Source: an uncultured Clostridia bacterium
Lineage (GTDB): Bacteria; Bacillota; Clostridia; Christensenellales; UBA1242
NCBI GenBank assembly: GCA_947630745.1
Contig: CANRIT010000006.1
Span: 1,029-65,028 of the forward strand
DNA: 64,000 nt
Direction of reading: 5' to 3'
Below are positions 40,971-49,470 of this stretch, in pieces. Positions within the stretch are counted from its first letter, which is position 1, and each line of letters opens with the position of its first letter. The position numbers and the translations under genes are program-made. Below the pieces are notes generated by a model, which searched no databases, was not told the origin of the DNA, and saw only the letters and a program-made list of their open reading frames with translations.

Positions 40971-42926
40971 ATGGAGTACAGAAAGTTTGAATTGGTTTCT
41001 AAATACAAACCCACTGGCGACCAGCCCGAGGCGATAAACGCGCTTGTTGAGGGAGTAAACGATGGGCTTAGCGCGCAGGTGCTTAAAGGTGTTACGGGCA
41101 GCGGAAAGACGTTTACTATGGCAAATGTTATTGCTGCGGTTAACCGCCCCACCCTTGTGCTTGCCCACAACAAGACCTTGGCAGCACAATTGTGCAATGA
41201 ATTTAGAGAATTTTTTCCAAACAACAGAGTGGAATTTTTTGTTTCGTACTACGACTATTATCAGCCTGAGGCGTACATCGTTTCAAGCGACACCTACATT
41301 GAAAAAGACATGAGCGTAAACGATGAAATTGACAAGCTTAGGCACAGTGCAACCAGCAGTTTGCTTGAGCGAAGTGACACAATTGTGGTGGCATCCGTAT
41401 CGTGCATATATGGTTTGGGCGCGCCGGACGAGTATTTTAATTTACAAATTTCAATGCGAATTGGCGACAAATTTTCGCGCGATGAACTTATTAACCGTCT
41501 TATTGCCATACAGTACACCCGCAACGAGATTGATTTTCAGCGTTCAACTTTTAGGGCGCGCGGCGATGTGGTGGACATTTTTCCAGCCGACAGCAGCGAA
41601 ATTGCGGTTAGGATAAGCTTTTTTGATGACGAAATTGAAAGCATAAGCGAATTTGACCCAGTTACGGGCAAGGTGCTTAACAAGCTTAAACATATTGCCA
41701 TCTACCCCGCCAGCCACTACGCAGTTGGGAGCGAAAAGTTGCAGCACGCGCTTGACGAGATACGCAAAGATGCCGCTGAGCGTGAGGAATTTTTTAAGAG
41801 ACAGGACAAACTTATTGAGGCGCAGCGCATACGCGAACGCACTAATTACGATTTGGAAATGATGCAAGAAATGGGATATTGTTCGGGGATTGAAAACTAT
41901 TCGCGCTATTTTGACGGGCGCGAGCCGGGCATGCCGCCATACACCTTGCTTGACTATTTCCCTAAGGGGTTTTTGCTGTTTGTGGACGAAAGCCATATCA
42001 CCCTTCCGCAAGTGCGCGGGATGTACAATGGTGACCGTGCGCGCAAAACAAGCCTTGTGGACTACGGTTTCCGCCTGCCTAGCGCGTTTGACAACCGGCC
42101 GCTTAATTTTGATGAATTTAATGCGCGGATTGGGCAGACGATTTATGTTTCTGCCACGCCAAATGACTACGAACTTAAACTTGCCGGCCAGGTGGTTGAG
42201 CAAGTTATTAGGCCTACCTACCTTTTGGACCCAGAAATTTTTATCCGCCCAAGTGTTGGGCAGGTGGACGATTTGCTTGAAGAAATTCGACATGTAACAA
42301 GCGAGCATGGAAAAATTTTGGTTACCACGCTTACCAAAAAGATGGCGGAAGATTTGTGCGCGTATTTTGAAGAACAAGGAGTGCGGGTAAAATATCTGCA
42401 CAGTGACATCGACACGCTTGAACGCGTTAAAATTCTTAACGAATTGCGCGCGGATGAGTTTGATGTTTTGGTAGGTATCAACCTTTTGCGCGAGGGTCTG
42501 GATTTGCCCGAAGTTATGCTTGTGGCAATTTTGGATGCGGATAAAGAAGGATTTTTGCGCTCTGCCACCAGCCTTATACAGATTGTTGGGCGTGCGGCGC
42601 GCAACAGCAAAAGCCGTGTGATTATGTACGCTGATATGATAACCGACAGCATGCAAAAATGTATTGATGAAACAAATCGCAGGCGCGAATTGCAGCAAGC
42701 GTACAACAAAAAGCACGGAGTTGAACCACAAACTATTAAAAAGGAAATTGTTGACACGCTTAAAATTCGCATGGAAAATGACGAAAAACCTTCTTCTAAA
42801 CAAGATATTGCAAAACAAATTGAACAACTTAAAGGCATGATGAACACTGCCGCCAGCCAGCTAGATTTTGAAACTGCCATAAAATTGCGCGAAGAAATCG
42901 CCAAACTTAAAAGAAAACTGCGTTAA
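40971..42926 (+). CDS. uvrB: excinuclease ABC subunit B
   Basis: [20 protein letters not shown] beta-hairpin, [19 protein letters not shown]-terminal UVR domain. Confidence 0.98.
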   Translation: MEYRKFELVSKYKPTGDQPEAINALVEGVNDGLSAQVLKGVTGSGKTFTMANVIAAVNRPTLVLAHNKTLAAQLCNEFREFFPNNRVEFFVSYYDYYQPEAYIVSSDTYIEKDMSVNDEIDKLRHSATSSLLERSDTIVVASVSCIYGLGAPDEYFNLQISMRIGDKFSRDELINRLIAIQYTRNEIDFQRSTFRARGDVVDIFPADSSEIAVRISFFDDEIESISEFDPVTGKVLNKLKHIAIYPASHYAVGSEKLQHALDEIRKDAAEREEFFKRQDKLIEAQRIRERTNYDLEMMQEMGYCSGIENYSRYFDGREPGMPPYTLLDYFPKGFLLFVDESHITLPQVRGMYNGDRARKTSLVDYGFRLPSAFDNRPLNFDEFNARIGQTIYVSATPNDYELKLAGQVVEQVIRPTYLLDPEIFIRPSVGQVDDLLEEIRHVTSEHGKILVTTLTKKMAEDLCAYFEEQGVRVKYLHSDIDTLERVKILNELRADEFDVLVGINLLREGLDLPEVMLVAILDADKEGFLRSATSLIQIVGRAARNSKSRVIMYADMITDSMQKCIDETNRRRELQQAYNKKHGVEPQTIKKEIVDTLKIRMENDEKPSSKQDIAKQIEQLKGMMNTAASQLDFETAIKLREEIAKLKRKLR

Positions 42927-43034
42927 CTCTTTTTGTAAAAAGAGTACCAGAAAAACCCGTCATTAATTATTATAAATTTAAATAAACAATTTTTATTTTA
43001 CTCTTTTTTGTAAAAAGAGTAACAGAAAAACGGG
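42924..43034 (+). repeat. two copies of the palindromic REP-like unit (reverse complement of the 47.3-kb repeat)
   Basis: TAACTCTTTTTGTAAAAAGAGTACCAGAAAAACCCG (42924) and TTACTCTTTTTTGTAAAAAGAGTAACAGAAAAACGGG (42998). Confidence 0.88.
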
Positions 43035-43095
43035 TCAAAATACAATAATAGTAATAGAAAAACAAGTCAAATAAAATTAAAACCTTATTTAAAGT

Positions 43096-43123
43096 AAAAA
43101 AGCCACGGAGTGTGGCTTTTTTT
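43096..43123. terminator. bidirectional intrinsic terminator
   Basis: AAAAAAGCCAC-GGAGT-GTGGCTTTTTT between convergent genes. Confidence 0.8.
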
Positions 43124-43130
43124 ATTTCAT

Positions 43131-46100
43131 TTAATCTTGTTTGTCAGCGTCTTGATTGTCAGCGTTGTCTTTGTCGGCTGGTTCTTCTACTTTTTCTGCT
43201 TTGTCGTCTGCTTTTTTGCTTTTGCTGGCAGATTTTTTGGCAGGTTTTTTGCTTGTAGTTTCGCTGGTTAATGCTGCTGGTTTTTGTTTTTTGCTGCTTT
43301 TGCCAGTGAATAAGAAGAACATAATTACGCCAATCAATATGATGCTAGAAACAACAATCAATATAATGCCAATTTTTGAATTTGACAAGCTGGTTGGCTC
43401 TGCCTTTGCTGTTACGCTAAACTTAATTTCGTATGGGTCGCTTTTGTTCTGCTGATTATCTTCCGCAGTGAACACAAATCTGTATGTGCCAATTGATGAA
43501 ATTGTGTAGTTGTAAACAGTAAAGCCGTCTTCTATTGTGCTGGTCTTACTAACCTCGTTGTCTTCGCTGTCAACAAGTTTAATTGTCAAGCTGCTCCAAC
43601 TGTAATTGTCGCGCTCGCCTTGTGCTGGGTCTTCCGTATTTTCAACAATTTTAAAGTTGACATTGTCCTTTTTGTTGTTGCTGTTGGTGTAAGAAGTCCA
43701 AGTGTACAAGTTTTTGTTGTCTTGCGTTGCGGTGATGGTCATAATTTTATCAATTGTGCTGAATTTAACTGCAATGTTGATGTCACTGTCAGTGTAAGTT
43801 ATTTTGTCTTGCAATGCACCCGCATTTACCCTAAATTTAGGTGGAATATTGTCGCCATAAGTTATGGTCAATTCTTTGTGGTCGTAATAGTTGCTTGGAG
43901 CATCGGTATATGTTTCGTAACTTATATTGTACACGCCTATGCCCGAAGTTTTAATCACCCAATTTTTGCCAGATGCATCCCTTGTTGCCTCGCTCCAACT
44001 TGTTGCATTTTGGCGTTTGTACAACAACTTAGTTTCACTTACATTGTACCCTTCTTGTGTTGCAACCCATTGCGGAATAATCAACTGCTTTTCTTCGTTG
44101 GCTGCGGTGTAAGAGAAGTATTTTGGAAGGTTGAAATCTTCATCCCAAACAATGCTTGCCGTACCGTCAGTTGCATGTTGTGCCTCCACAGTAACGGTAA
44201 TTTCGTATGGTGGAATTACGTGAACGCCTTTATCTTTAGTTTCGTCTGTCCAACTTACATTAACTTCAAATGTGTAGCGGCCAGCGGTGAACAATTGCCA
44301 TCCGCCGTTAACTTCTTCGTAATGTTTGCCTTGAACCTTGGTTGGAACAATTTCTATGTTAAGGTTTTCATCATCAACAATTTCCTTGCTGTTGTCGTTA
44401 CCATCGTAAACATGTGGGGTGATTTGCAAAATGTCGCCCACTGTTGCTGTGTAGCTTGAGCCGCTACCCTCGCAATTTACATACACATCCAAAAGTGGTT
44501 GTGCGGTTGATACAACCTTAAACGAATAGTGCGCAACTGTGGTGTTGCCCGCATCGTCAGTTGCGGTGTAAACCACAACATATGTGCCAACTGCGGTTGT
44601 TGTGATGTGACCAGACACCTTGCCCTTGTATATGGAATATTCATCCAAATATTTGTAATTTTTGTGGAAGGTTAAATCTTTAACATCAGTGCTGATATCG
44701 CCTTCTGGAATGATGTAATAGAACACGCTGGTTGACAAATTTTTATCTTTCACGTCGCTAAATTGAACGATTGGGATTTTTACATCAACCCCTTGTCCTA
44801 CTGGTGTAGTGTCACTCGAATCATTTTCAAATATTTGCTTATGCTCATTGCTTTCGTATTGAACAGAATTAATGGTTGGCACATCAGAGTCTTGTTCATC
44901 AGCAATATAAAGCGAAGTTGTGTCAAACTTAACCACGCCATCGTCATTTATTGTTAATGCAAGCACATAAATTTTGCCGTCCTCGCCTTTGCTTACATTT
45001 TCTGGTATAGTAGTTTCAAACTTAGTTGTGCTGCCGTCAACAAGGTCAAATTTATAAACATTTGTTGCGCCGTTTAGTTTTGTTTTTAAAGCGTCAGTCA
45101 ATAAATTTATAATGCTATCTGTGTTACCTTTGACCTTTTTTGCCTCGTTTATAACTTCATCAATTTGTATGGTACTGAAATCTTTATCTGAATAGTACAT
45201 TGCGTTAACAAGGCGCAAATCAACATCGTCATTTGAGTTGACAGTAAAGCTCACCTTTTCACCCTCGTAAACAGTTGGATTGTTGTTGTTTACAATATTG
45301 ATGGATAAGTTGGTATCTTTTGCATCGCTGCTTACAATTTTAAACGAATATTCAGTTGAAGATTGCTCGTAAAGCGCATTTCTACGCGTATAGGTCTGCG
45401 AAGATGATTGATAGGTTGATTTCACCTTAACTTCGTAGCACAAGCGGTATTCTTTATCCAAAATGCCATTAGGAACTTCTGCGCCGTCTTTAGCAAATTT
45501 GAATGTTGCGCTTTTTGCAAGCTGTTCAAAATATTTCTTTTGGCTTTCTGCATCGTTGGCTTCAATTGGCTTATTTTCTGCATCGTAAACAAAGTTGTAG
45601 CCGTCATTTTCTGTAACAGCAACATACTTATCGTTTGCGTAGTCAATTTTTACGCCATCGATGTAGTATTTTGTGCCGCTTTCCTTTTCAGTAAAGTAGC
45701 GCACAACCATAAGGTCGGTATAGTCGTCAACTGGGCTGTTGAAGTACACTGCTGGGAAGACCAAACCGCTGTCTTTGGTGTAATTGTATTCCGCCTTAAT
45801 TTCTGCCACTGCGGATTTAACTGCATTTTCGCCCTCGTCAGTTGCAACAAAATTGCCGTTTCCATCAAAAATTGTGTAGTCATAAACCGCCTTAACAGTT
45901 GGGTTTATGTTGTTGCGGCTGAAATAGCCTAAATCGTACACCTTTTCAATTGGAGTTTGGCTGAAATAGTCTTGAATTGTGTATTTAACTTTGTAGTTTT
46001 TGCCTTCAAGTTCTTGATAAGTGTGGTTGCCAAAGCCATCATCACCCGTGGTGAAATTGAAGGTGAAATTGTTGTTTGTAAGGGTTTGTTTGATTTCTGG

Positions 46101-47114
46101 GTTGTCTTCTTGATAAATTTCAATTTTAATTACATTTTTAGCAACATCGGTTTGGCTGAAATTTTGCAAATTATAGTCAACTTGTGGATTGCGCAAAACC
46201 ACATTTTTGTCGCCCAATTTTGCGGTTGGTGGAGTTGGAGTTTTGATGTCGATGTTGTCCGCAGTTGGTGCAACAAAGTCTTTGTCAACCGTAATTTCTT
46301 TCTGCACAGGAGTTGCTTCTTTATATGTGTAAGTTATAACATACTTGTCTTCGTCTTTAAAGGTCAGCACGCGGGTGTCTTTGTTATAGGCACTGCCCTC
46401 TTGTGTGGTGCCGTTTTCTGAATTGTAAATTTCCACGCCGCCATAGCTGATGGTGAATGGTACTTCTTCAAACTTCTTTTCCTTACCATCTTCCACCGTT
46501 TGATAGCCGTACAATTTTGGCACGGTGAAGGTTGAATTTAAAGATGCCATTGTTGGGAAAAGCACATTTAAATTGGTTTCAGTATACTTGCCGTCCGCGT
46601 AGTCTATTTGTTTTTGTTCAATAACATATTTTGCGCCAATAACTTCAACTTTGTAATCTTTTGAAAAATATGTTGTGTTGTTTTGGCTGTCAATTTTGAT
46701 GTAGTAGATGTTGTAAGTGTTTGTTGTTTTGTCCAAGATTTTAACTGCGTTATTTTCGTCATCCGCTTGGAAGAAAGTTGTGTCTGTGTTAAATTCTGTG
46801 TCACTTTTTTTATCTTTTACTTTAAAATCACGCACAAAACCGCCCTGGTCTACCACACGGATATAGTATTCGCCAGATTCGTCTTTTAAATATGGGATTT
46901 TTAGTTCTGCATTTGAGTCTTTGCTGTAATCCACCTTTTTAGGCATTTTAACTGAATTAAAGGTTGCTGTTGGTGTTTTGCCTGATTCCCAATCTTCCGC
47001 TGCTGCCACACCCGTTGGTATAAGTTTAAGTGGGGTTAAAGCAAACATAAAACTGCATGCTAAAAATGCAATAAATACAAATAGTCTTTTAATATGCTTT
47101 TGTAAAACCTTCAT
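43131..47114 (-). CDS. large cell-surface protein with Ig-like repeats and a C-terminal TM anchor
   Basis: Signal peptide ending in VAAA, Ig-like hallmarks (GTYVVVYTATDDAGN, GTYRFVFTAEDNQQN), TM helix IGIILIVVSSIILIGVIMFFLF, charged tail. AAGGAG RBS before MKVLQK. Confidence 0.82.
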   Translation of the reverse strand: MKVLQKHIKRLFVFIAFLACSFMFALTPLKLIPTGVAAAEDWESGKTPTATFNSVKMPKKVDYSKDSNAELKIPYLKDESGEYYIRVVDQGGFVRDFKVKDKKSDTEFNTDTTFFQADDENNAVKILDKTTNTYNIYYIKIDSQNNTTYFSKDYKVEVIGAKYVIEQKQIDYADGKYTETNLNVLFPTMASLNSTFTVPKLYGYQTVEDGKEKKFEEVPFTISYGGVEIYNSENGTTQEGSAYNKDTRVLTFKDEDKYVITYTYKEATPVQKEITVDKDFVAPTADNIDIKTPTPPTAKLGDKNVVLRNPQVDYNLQNFSQTDVAKNVIKIEIYQEDNPEIKQTLTNNNFTFNFTTGDDGFGNHTYQELEGKNYKVKYTIQDYFSQTPIEKVYDLGYFSRNNINPTVKAVYDYTIFDGNGNFVATDEGENAVKSAVAEIKAEYNYTKDSGLVFPAVYFNSPVDDYTDLMVVRYFTEKESGTKYYIDGVKIDYANDKYVAVTENDGYNFVYDAENKPIEANDAESQKKYFEQLAKSATFKFAKDGAEVPNGILDKEYRLCYEVKVKSTYQSSSQTYTRRNALYEQSSTEYSFKIVSSDAKDTNLSINIVNNNNPTVYEGEKVSFTVNSNDDVDLRLVNAMYYSDKDFSTIQIDEVINEAKKVKGNTDSIINLLTDALKTKLNGATNVYKFDLVDGSTTKFETTIPENVSKGEDGKIYVLALTINDDGVVKFDTTSLYIADEQDSDVPTINSVQYESNEHKQIFENDSSDTTPVGQGVDVKIPIVQFSDVKDKNLSTSVFYYIIPEGDISTDVKDLTFHKNYKYLDEYSIYKGKVSGHITTTAVGTYVVVYTATDDAGNTTVAHYSFKVVSTAQPLLDVYVNCEGSGSSYTATVGDILQITPHVYDGNDNSKEIVDDENLNIEIVPTKVQGKHYEEVNGGWQLFTAGRYTFEVNVSWTDETKDKGVHVIPPYEITVTVEAQHATDGTASIVWDEDFNLPKYFSYTAANEEKQLIIPQWVATQEGYNVSETKLLYKRQNATSWSEATRDASGKNWVIKTSGIGVYNISYETYTDAPSNYYDHKELTITYGDNIPPKFRVNAGALQDKITYTDSDINIAVKFSTIDKIMTITATQDNKNLYTWTSYTNSNNKKDNVNFKIVENTEDPAQGERDNYSWSSLTIKLVDSEDNEVSKTSTIEDGFTVYNYTISSIGTYRFVFTAEDNQQNKSDPYEIKFSVTAKAEPTSLSNSKIGIILIVVSSIILIGVIMFFLFTGKSSKKQKPAALTSETTSKKPAKKSASKSKKADDKAEKVEEPADKDNADNQDADKQD

Positions 47115-47351
47115 AATGCTCCTTTTTTGCAATAGCAATATATTTATACTTAAATATTGTAATAAAATGCCCAAAAAATGTCAAACAAATTAGGGGCATA
47201 ATTCACAATTATTTAAAATTTAGTGTAAATAGTTTTTGCAAATTTATTGTACAAAATTTTAACTAGTTTTGTCGAAAAATGTTTTTCCCGCCCGCATGCC
47301 TTTCGCCGCGGTTTTCAGCAAGGCAAATTTAGTTCAATCAAGCTGAATATT

Positions 47352-47675
47352 CTGGGTTTTTCTGGTACTCTTTTCCCAAAAAGAGTACGGAGCGGAGGTT
47401 ACTGCAAAGGTTGTTTAGAACGACCAGCCCCGACCGACTGGGTTTTTCTGGTACTCTTTTCCCAAAAAGAGTACAGATGTTTATGGTAAGGATTGTTTAA
47501 AACAACCAACTCTGACCTACTGGGTTTTTCTGGTACTCTTTTCCCAAAAAGAGTACGGATGGTTACAGCAAAGATTGTTTAGAACAGCAAGTTCGACCGA
47601 CTGGGTTTTTCTGGTACTCTTTTCCCAAAAAGAGTACGAAGGTTTTTCTGGCAACTCTTTTCCCAAAAAGAGTTG
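47352..47675. repeat. array of four identical 37-nt hairpin repeats plus one variant, with related 44-49 nt spacers (CRISPR-like appearance)
   Basis: CTGGGTTTTTCTGGTACTCTTTTCCCAAAAAGAGTAC at 47352, 47438, 47520 and 47601. Variant copy at 47641. Confidence 0.95.
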
Positions 47676-47706
47676 GGGTGCGGGTAGTTTAATTAAAAAA
47701 GGAAGG

Positions 47707-48240
47707 CTAAATGCCTTCTAAAAGTTGAAGTTGTTGTTGTGCATACTCAGGCGAAATAAAGTTAAATTCCTTACTCGACGCCAAAAAGTATTGTTTTTGC
47801 CTATGTTGTTGCAGTTTTTGAATAAACTCTTTTGGCAGATATTTGTAGTGTTCAATCAAAATTTTGTTAAGCACGGCAAAATTAAGTGTTTTTGCTTGTT
47901 TAAATGCTTGTTTTGTAGACAAAGCCCACTCGTTTGGCTCTACCCTATCCACCTTTTTAAAATCGCAAATGACATTCATATCTTGTGGCGAACATACAAA
48001 TCGCGTTATAATCTCAATTTTTTCCGCCACCGTGCGCGGCAATTCTTTAACCGCGTTGGCGTCCATATAATAAAATTCGCATAACTTTTCTGGTTCGCCA
48101 AAAATGGCGCGTGCGTTCCTTGGGCGTTTTAAAATGACTCTATCGCCGTACACGCCACGCCCACGTTTATACTCCAAAATTTCATAAAAATTGTTAATCA
48201 AAAAGTCTAACAATGGCCAATTTTCTACGTTAACCTTCAT
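47707..48240 (-). CDS. hypothetical protein
   Basis: 177-aa ORF with AGGTGG RBS, 11 nt downstream of the HicB-like gene. Confidence 0.75.
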   Translation of the reverse strand: MKVNVENWPLLDFLINNFYEILEYKRGRGVYGDRVILKRPRNARAIFGEPEKLCEFYYMDANAVKELPRTVAEKIEIITRFVCSPQDMNVICDFKKVDRVEPNEWALSTKQAFKQAKTLNFAVLNKILIEHYKYLPKEFIQKLQQHRQKQYFLASSKEFNFISPEYAQQQLQLLEGI

Positions 48241-48251
48241 TAAACCACCTT

Positions 48252-48515
48252 TTAAGCAAGCGCATCCACCAAAAGAACTATGTTATTTTTGTTCTTTTTA
48301 TCTGCATAATATTTTTCAAACGGACTTGGGGATTCAATCTCGCAATCGTATTTTATGGCACAATCCACCATAGCACAAAGCATTTCTTTTGCTTTAATGT
48401 ACGCGCTAACCACGCAATCGCCTTCAGTAACAATTTGAAGGTCAGGTATTTTTATGGTGAAATACCCAGTATCTTCATCCTTATACAAAATTGCGGTGTA
48501 AACTAACTCTTTCAT
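48252..48515 (-). CDS. HicB-like antitoxin domain protein
   Basis: Y.AI...DE..GY.TI.IPDL.I.TEGD....A...AKE.L pattern of the HicB N-terminal domain, ending with VLLVD. TTTACA-17-TAAAAT promoter. Confidence 0.7.
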   Translation of the reverse strand: MKELVYTAILYKDEDTGYFTIKIPDLQIVTEGDCVVSAYIKAKEMLCAMVDCAIKYDCEIESPSPFEKYYADKKNKNNIVLLVDALA

Positions 48516-48597
48516 AACTTCCCCTTTACAGATACAATCATTTTAACATATAAATACAAAAATGTAAAACAAATTTTAATATTAAATAAAAAAATTT

Positions 48598-48794
48598 AAA
48601 ACTTTTCAGTGTGAAAAGTTACAAAAGCAAAAATGGGTTTCGATTCCCCTTTTAAACCCACAAACGACTTACTTTAAAAAAGTAAGCAAAAAGTTGACAT
48701 ATAGCATTATTCTATAATGATCTTTTTATAACTTATAATTAATAGGTTTTATTTATATTAGTTCTTTTGTTACTTTTCTAGTTTAGAAAAGTAA
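48598..48794. repeat. three further degenerate copies of the palindromic REP-like unit
   Basis: AACTTTTCAGTGTGAAAAGTTACAAAAGC, CTTACTTTAAAAAAGTAAGCAAAAAG, and the inverted copy GTTCTTTTGTTACTTTTCTAGTTTAGAAAAGTAA (48761-48794). Confidence 0.75.
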
Positions 48795-48824
48795 ATAAAA
48801 AAAAAACGCCCGCGTGGGCGCATG

Positions 48825-49142
48825 TTATGCTGTAATGCCTTGTTCTGCAACCTTTTCGTCTACTGATTTCGTTGGTTGCATTGCTTTGCTTAATTTTTTG
48901 CCAGCGGCTGCTGGTAATTTTTTACCTTTGTTTTTACTGAAACTTAAAGAAGTTTCTATTAATAAACTTGTTCTTTCTCTATTATCTTTAAAAAGAGCAT
49001 GATTGGTTTTTGCAACCAATGGGCGAAGTGGTTTTTTGATTGAACGTCCAACTAAATGATTAGCATCAATCTGTTTACGCACTTCATTCAACTCGTTTAA
49101 ATAATCTAATCTACCTTGAATTAATGTTTTAGCTGTTGCCAT
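48825..49142 (-). CDS. small basic hypothetical protein
   Basis: AGGAGG RBS, TTTACA-17-TATTAT promoter and CGCCC/GGGCG terminator with T10. Lys/Arg-rich, 105 aa. Confidence 0.8.
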   Translation of the reverse strand: MATAKTLIQGRLDYLNELNEVRKQIDANHLVGRSIKKPLRPLVAKTNHALFKDNRERTSLLIETSLSFSKNKGKKLPAAAGKKLSKAMQPTKSVDEKVAEQGITA

Positions 49143-49384
49143 ATGTATCCTCCTAATTCGCTTATATAATAACACAAAAAATTAAATTTGTAAATAGTTT
49201 TTTTAATATTTTTCCAATATTTTTTAAAAATTTTTTTATTTATTTTTTTGCCTATTTTTAAATTGATTTTTTACGCAATATATTGACATTATTTCGTTAA
49301 AATCAACTATATATTGTTGAAATTGCAAGTATTAAACAGTCATGCTTATAATTATTAATTGCATTATATAAACTATTATAAAGA

Positions 49385-49415
49385 AAAAGCAATGCGCTAA
49401 TGACATTGCTTTTTT
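49385..49415 (-). terminator. rpoBC terminator
   Basis: AAAAAGCAATG-9 nt-CATTGCTTTTT inverted repeat. Confidence 0.75.
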
Positions 49416-49470
49416 GTCTATTCGTAATAGGACGAGTTGTTTGCTACTCATCTATAGGACGAGTAATTCG

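Noticed and set aside
41544-42904. Long antisense ORFs (427 and 228 aa) opposite uvrB, and similar ones opposite uvrA, groEL, valS and rpoBC
   Set aside because: Shadow ORFs of conserved genes with no RBS or recognisable motifs.
47247-47489. 80-aa ORF running through the repeat array
   Set aside because: No RBS, and the repeats are read in different frames, so coding is unlikely.
47352-47675. Bona fide CRISPR array
   Set aside because: Spacers are homologous to one another, the last spacer is only a few nt, no cas genes are nearby, and the repeat belongs to a hairpin family dispersed across other intergenic regions.
48633-48661. tRNA-like GGGTTTCGATTCCCC (T-arm resemblance)
   Set aside because: No acceptor, D or anticodon arms can be built. 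It is a small hairpin inside the repeat cluster.
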